64,000 nt of DNA from Mobula hypostoma. Its lineage: Eukaryota. The translations under genes and the position numbers were made by a program. Location of the stretch: the NCBI RefSeq assembly GCF_963921235.1, contig NC_086097.1:140802001-140866000 (forward strand), written 5' to 3'. The notes below the pieces were generated by a model. That model was given only the letters and a program-made list of their open reading frames with translations. It made no database searches and was not told the DNA's origin. Positions 62,831-64,000 of the stretch are shown here, one piece after another; position 1 is the first letter of the stretch, and every line of letters starts with the position of its first letter.

Positions 62831-64000
62831 AGTCATCCAACTAGGATTATAACTCCGAGTGCTGGTTTTGACCCAAGCCACTATTCAGTTGGGGAAAGCA
62901 ATGATATTCCATTGCTAACCCCACGTCCAACCATCCTCCTTTCGCAGCCGGGCTTCTGTCCGTCCGTGGCGGAGATAGATCCCGATCATGCATTAGTATT
63001 ATTGGGATACCAGCACCAGCTATGATGTAATGATTAAAATAATACATTTAAATATTTAATTTAACTACTTGCGAAATATTCTTTCGCTTAGTTTGGGATC
63101 CGGGTGTCCTTGTCGAGATCGCCATTTATTGCCAACTCCGCTATCCCTGAGAAGACATAACAGTGCCCAGAGGAGCAGGTGACGGGTTGGAGATTCAACT
63201 CGCAGCCTGACATCCCAAAGCATTTCTACCATCTGCAAGGCACAGGATAGAGAGTAATACAGAAGGTGGAGATAAGCTACTTCTTCGGACGCTGCAGCCC
63301 TTCTTGTGAAGGCGTTCTCCCAGTGCTGTGAAGGAGCACCGAGGTTTCGATTCACTAAGAACTGAGGACAGTTAAGTTATAGTGTGCTCCATTACTGGAC
63401 AGAATATAAAAGGGAACATCAACGTTTATGCTTTCTGCACCCTTCCGTTCTGTAGCAGTAGCCTAGTAGGTTGCACTTTGTAGATTTCTGCACCCACATT
63501 TAGTTTTGGGCGACTGAAGTTTCGGGTGGTAAATAGTTGTGAATTAAAAGCAAAACTTTATCCTGGAGATTAAAAAATGTTGACCCCGTTTATCTTAACA
63601 CGAGGAATTCTGCAAATGCTGGAAATCCAAAGCAACACACAAAAACTGCTGGAAGAACTCGGCAGGACAGATAGAATCTATAGAAATGAGTAAACTGTCG
63701 GCGTTTCGGGCTGAGACTCTTCTTCACGACTGGAAAGGAAGGGGGAAGACAACAGAATGAAAAGATCGGGGAAGGGATGAAGTTTAGCTAGAATGTGATA
63801 GGTGAGGCCAGGTGGGTAGAAAAGGTAAACTGCGGGCGAAGAATCAATTTAATAAGAGAGTAGAGTGGACGATAGTGACAGAAAAGGAGGTGGGGACCCA
63901 GGGTGAGGGGAAGGGCAGGAAGAAGTAAGGGGACTGAATGAGAAATGGAAGAAGAGGGGAGGGGGTAGATCTTTTTTAATCTAAGAAGGAATCAATGTTC

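Larger units (their letters stand above)
48322..64000 (+). repeat. Block B of the tandem segmental duplication (paralogous to ~9168-41200)
   Basis: Colinear anchors: 9168/48322, 10490/48735, 15915/51228, 17013/52154, 18400/52830, 21960/54805, 23690/56640, 25908/56870, 29000/60870, 39960/62965, 40630/63595. Confidence 0.9.

Overview
This is eukaryotic, repeat-rich DNA from a cartilaginous fish (inferred from the repeat content; probably a ray). It holds part of the variable-gene region of a T-cell receptor gamma (TRG) locus. There are four intact germline TRGV segments on the + strand (17013, 24340, 25771, 52154), each with a leader exon, a short phase-1 intron, a V exon ending in YYCAxW, and a 3' recombination signal sequence (RSS) with a 22- or 23-nt spacer. 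A fifth segment is a leaderless pseudogene (56870). No J or C exon was found. The V genes lie in an old tandem segmental duplication: block A (~9.17-41.2 kb) and a deletion-reduced block B (~48.3-64 kb). In block B one V paralogue survives, one was deleted and one decayed. The rest is transposable elements: two decayed Gypsy elements, an internally deleted hAT nested in a Gypsy RT, six LTRs of one family with hypervariable internal minisatellites, CR1, Rex1-like and RTE LINE pieces, V-SINEs and Penelope-like elements (PLEs). The PLEs carry minimal hammerhead-ribozyme motifs and form short asymmetric palindromes with 12-15 bp target-site duplications (TSDs). Two pieces remain unexplained: a 211-bp GC-rich, coding-like insert inside a SINE, and a tandemly duplicated ~0.8-kb segment at 13.2-15.6 kb. 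All alignments and counts were done by eye; no database was searched.
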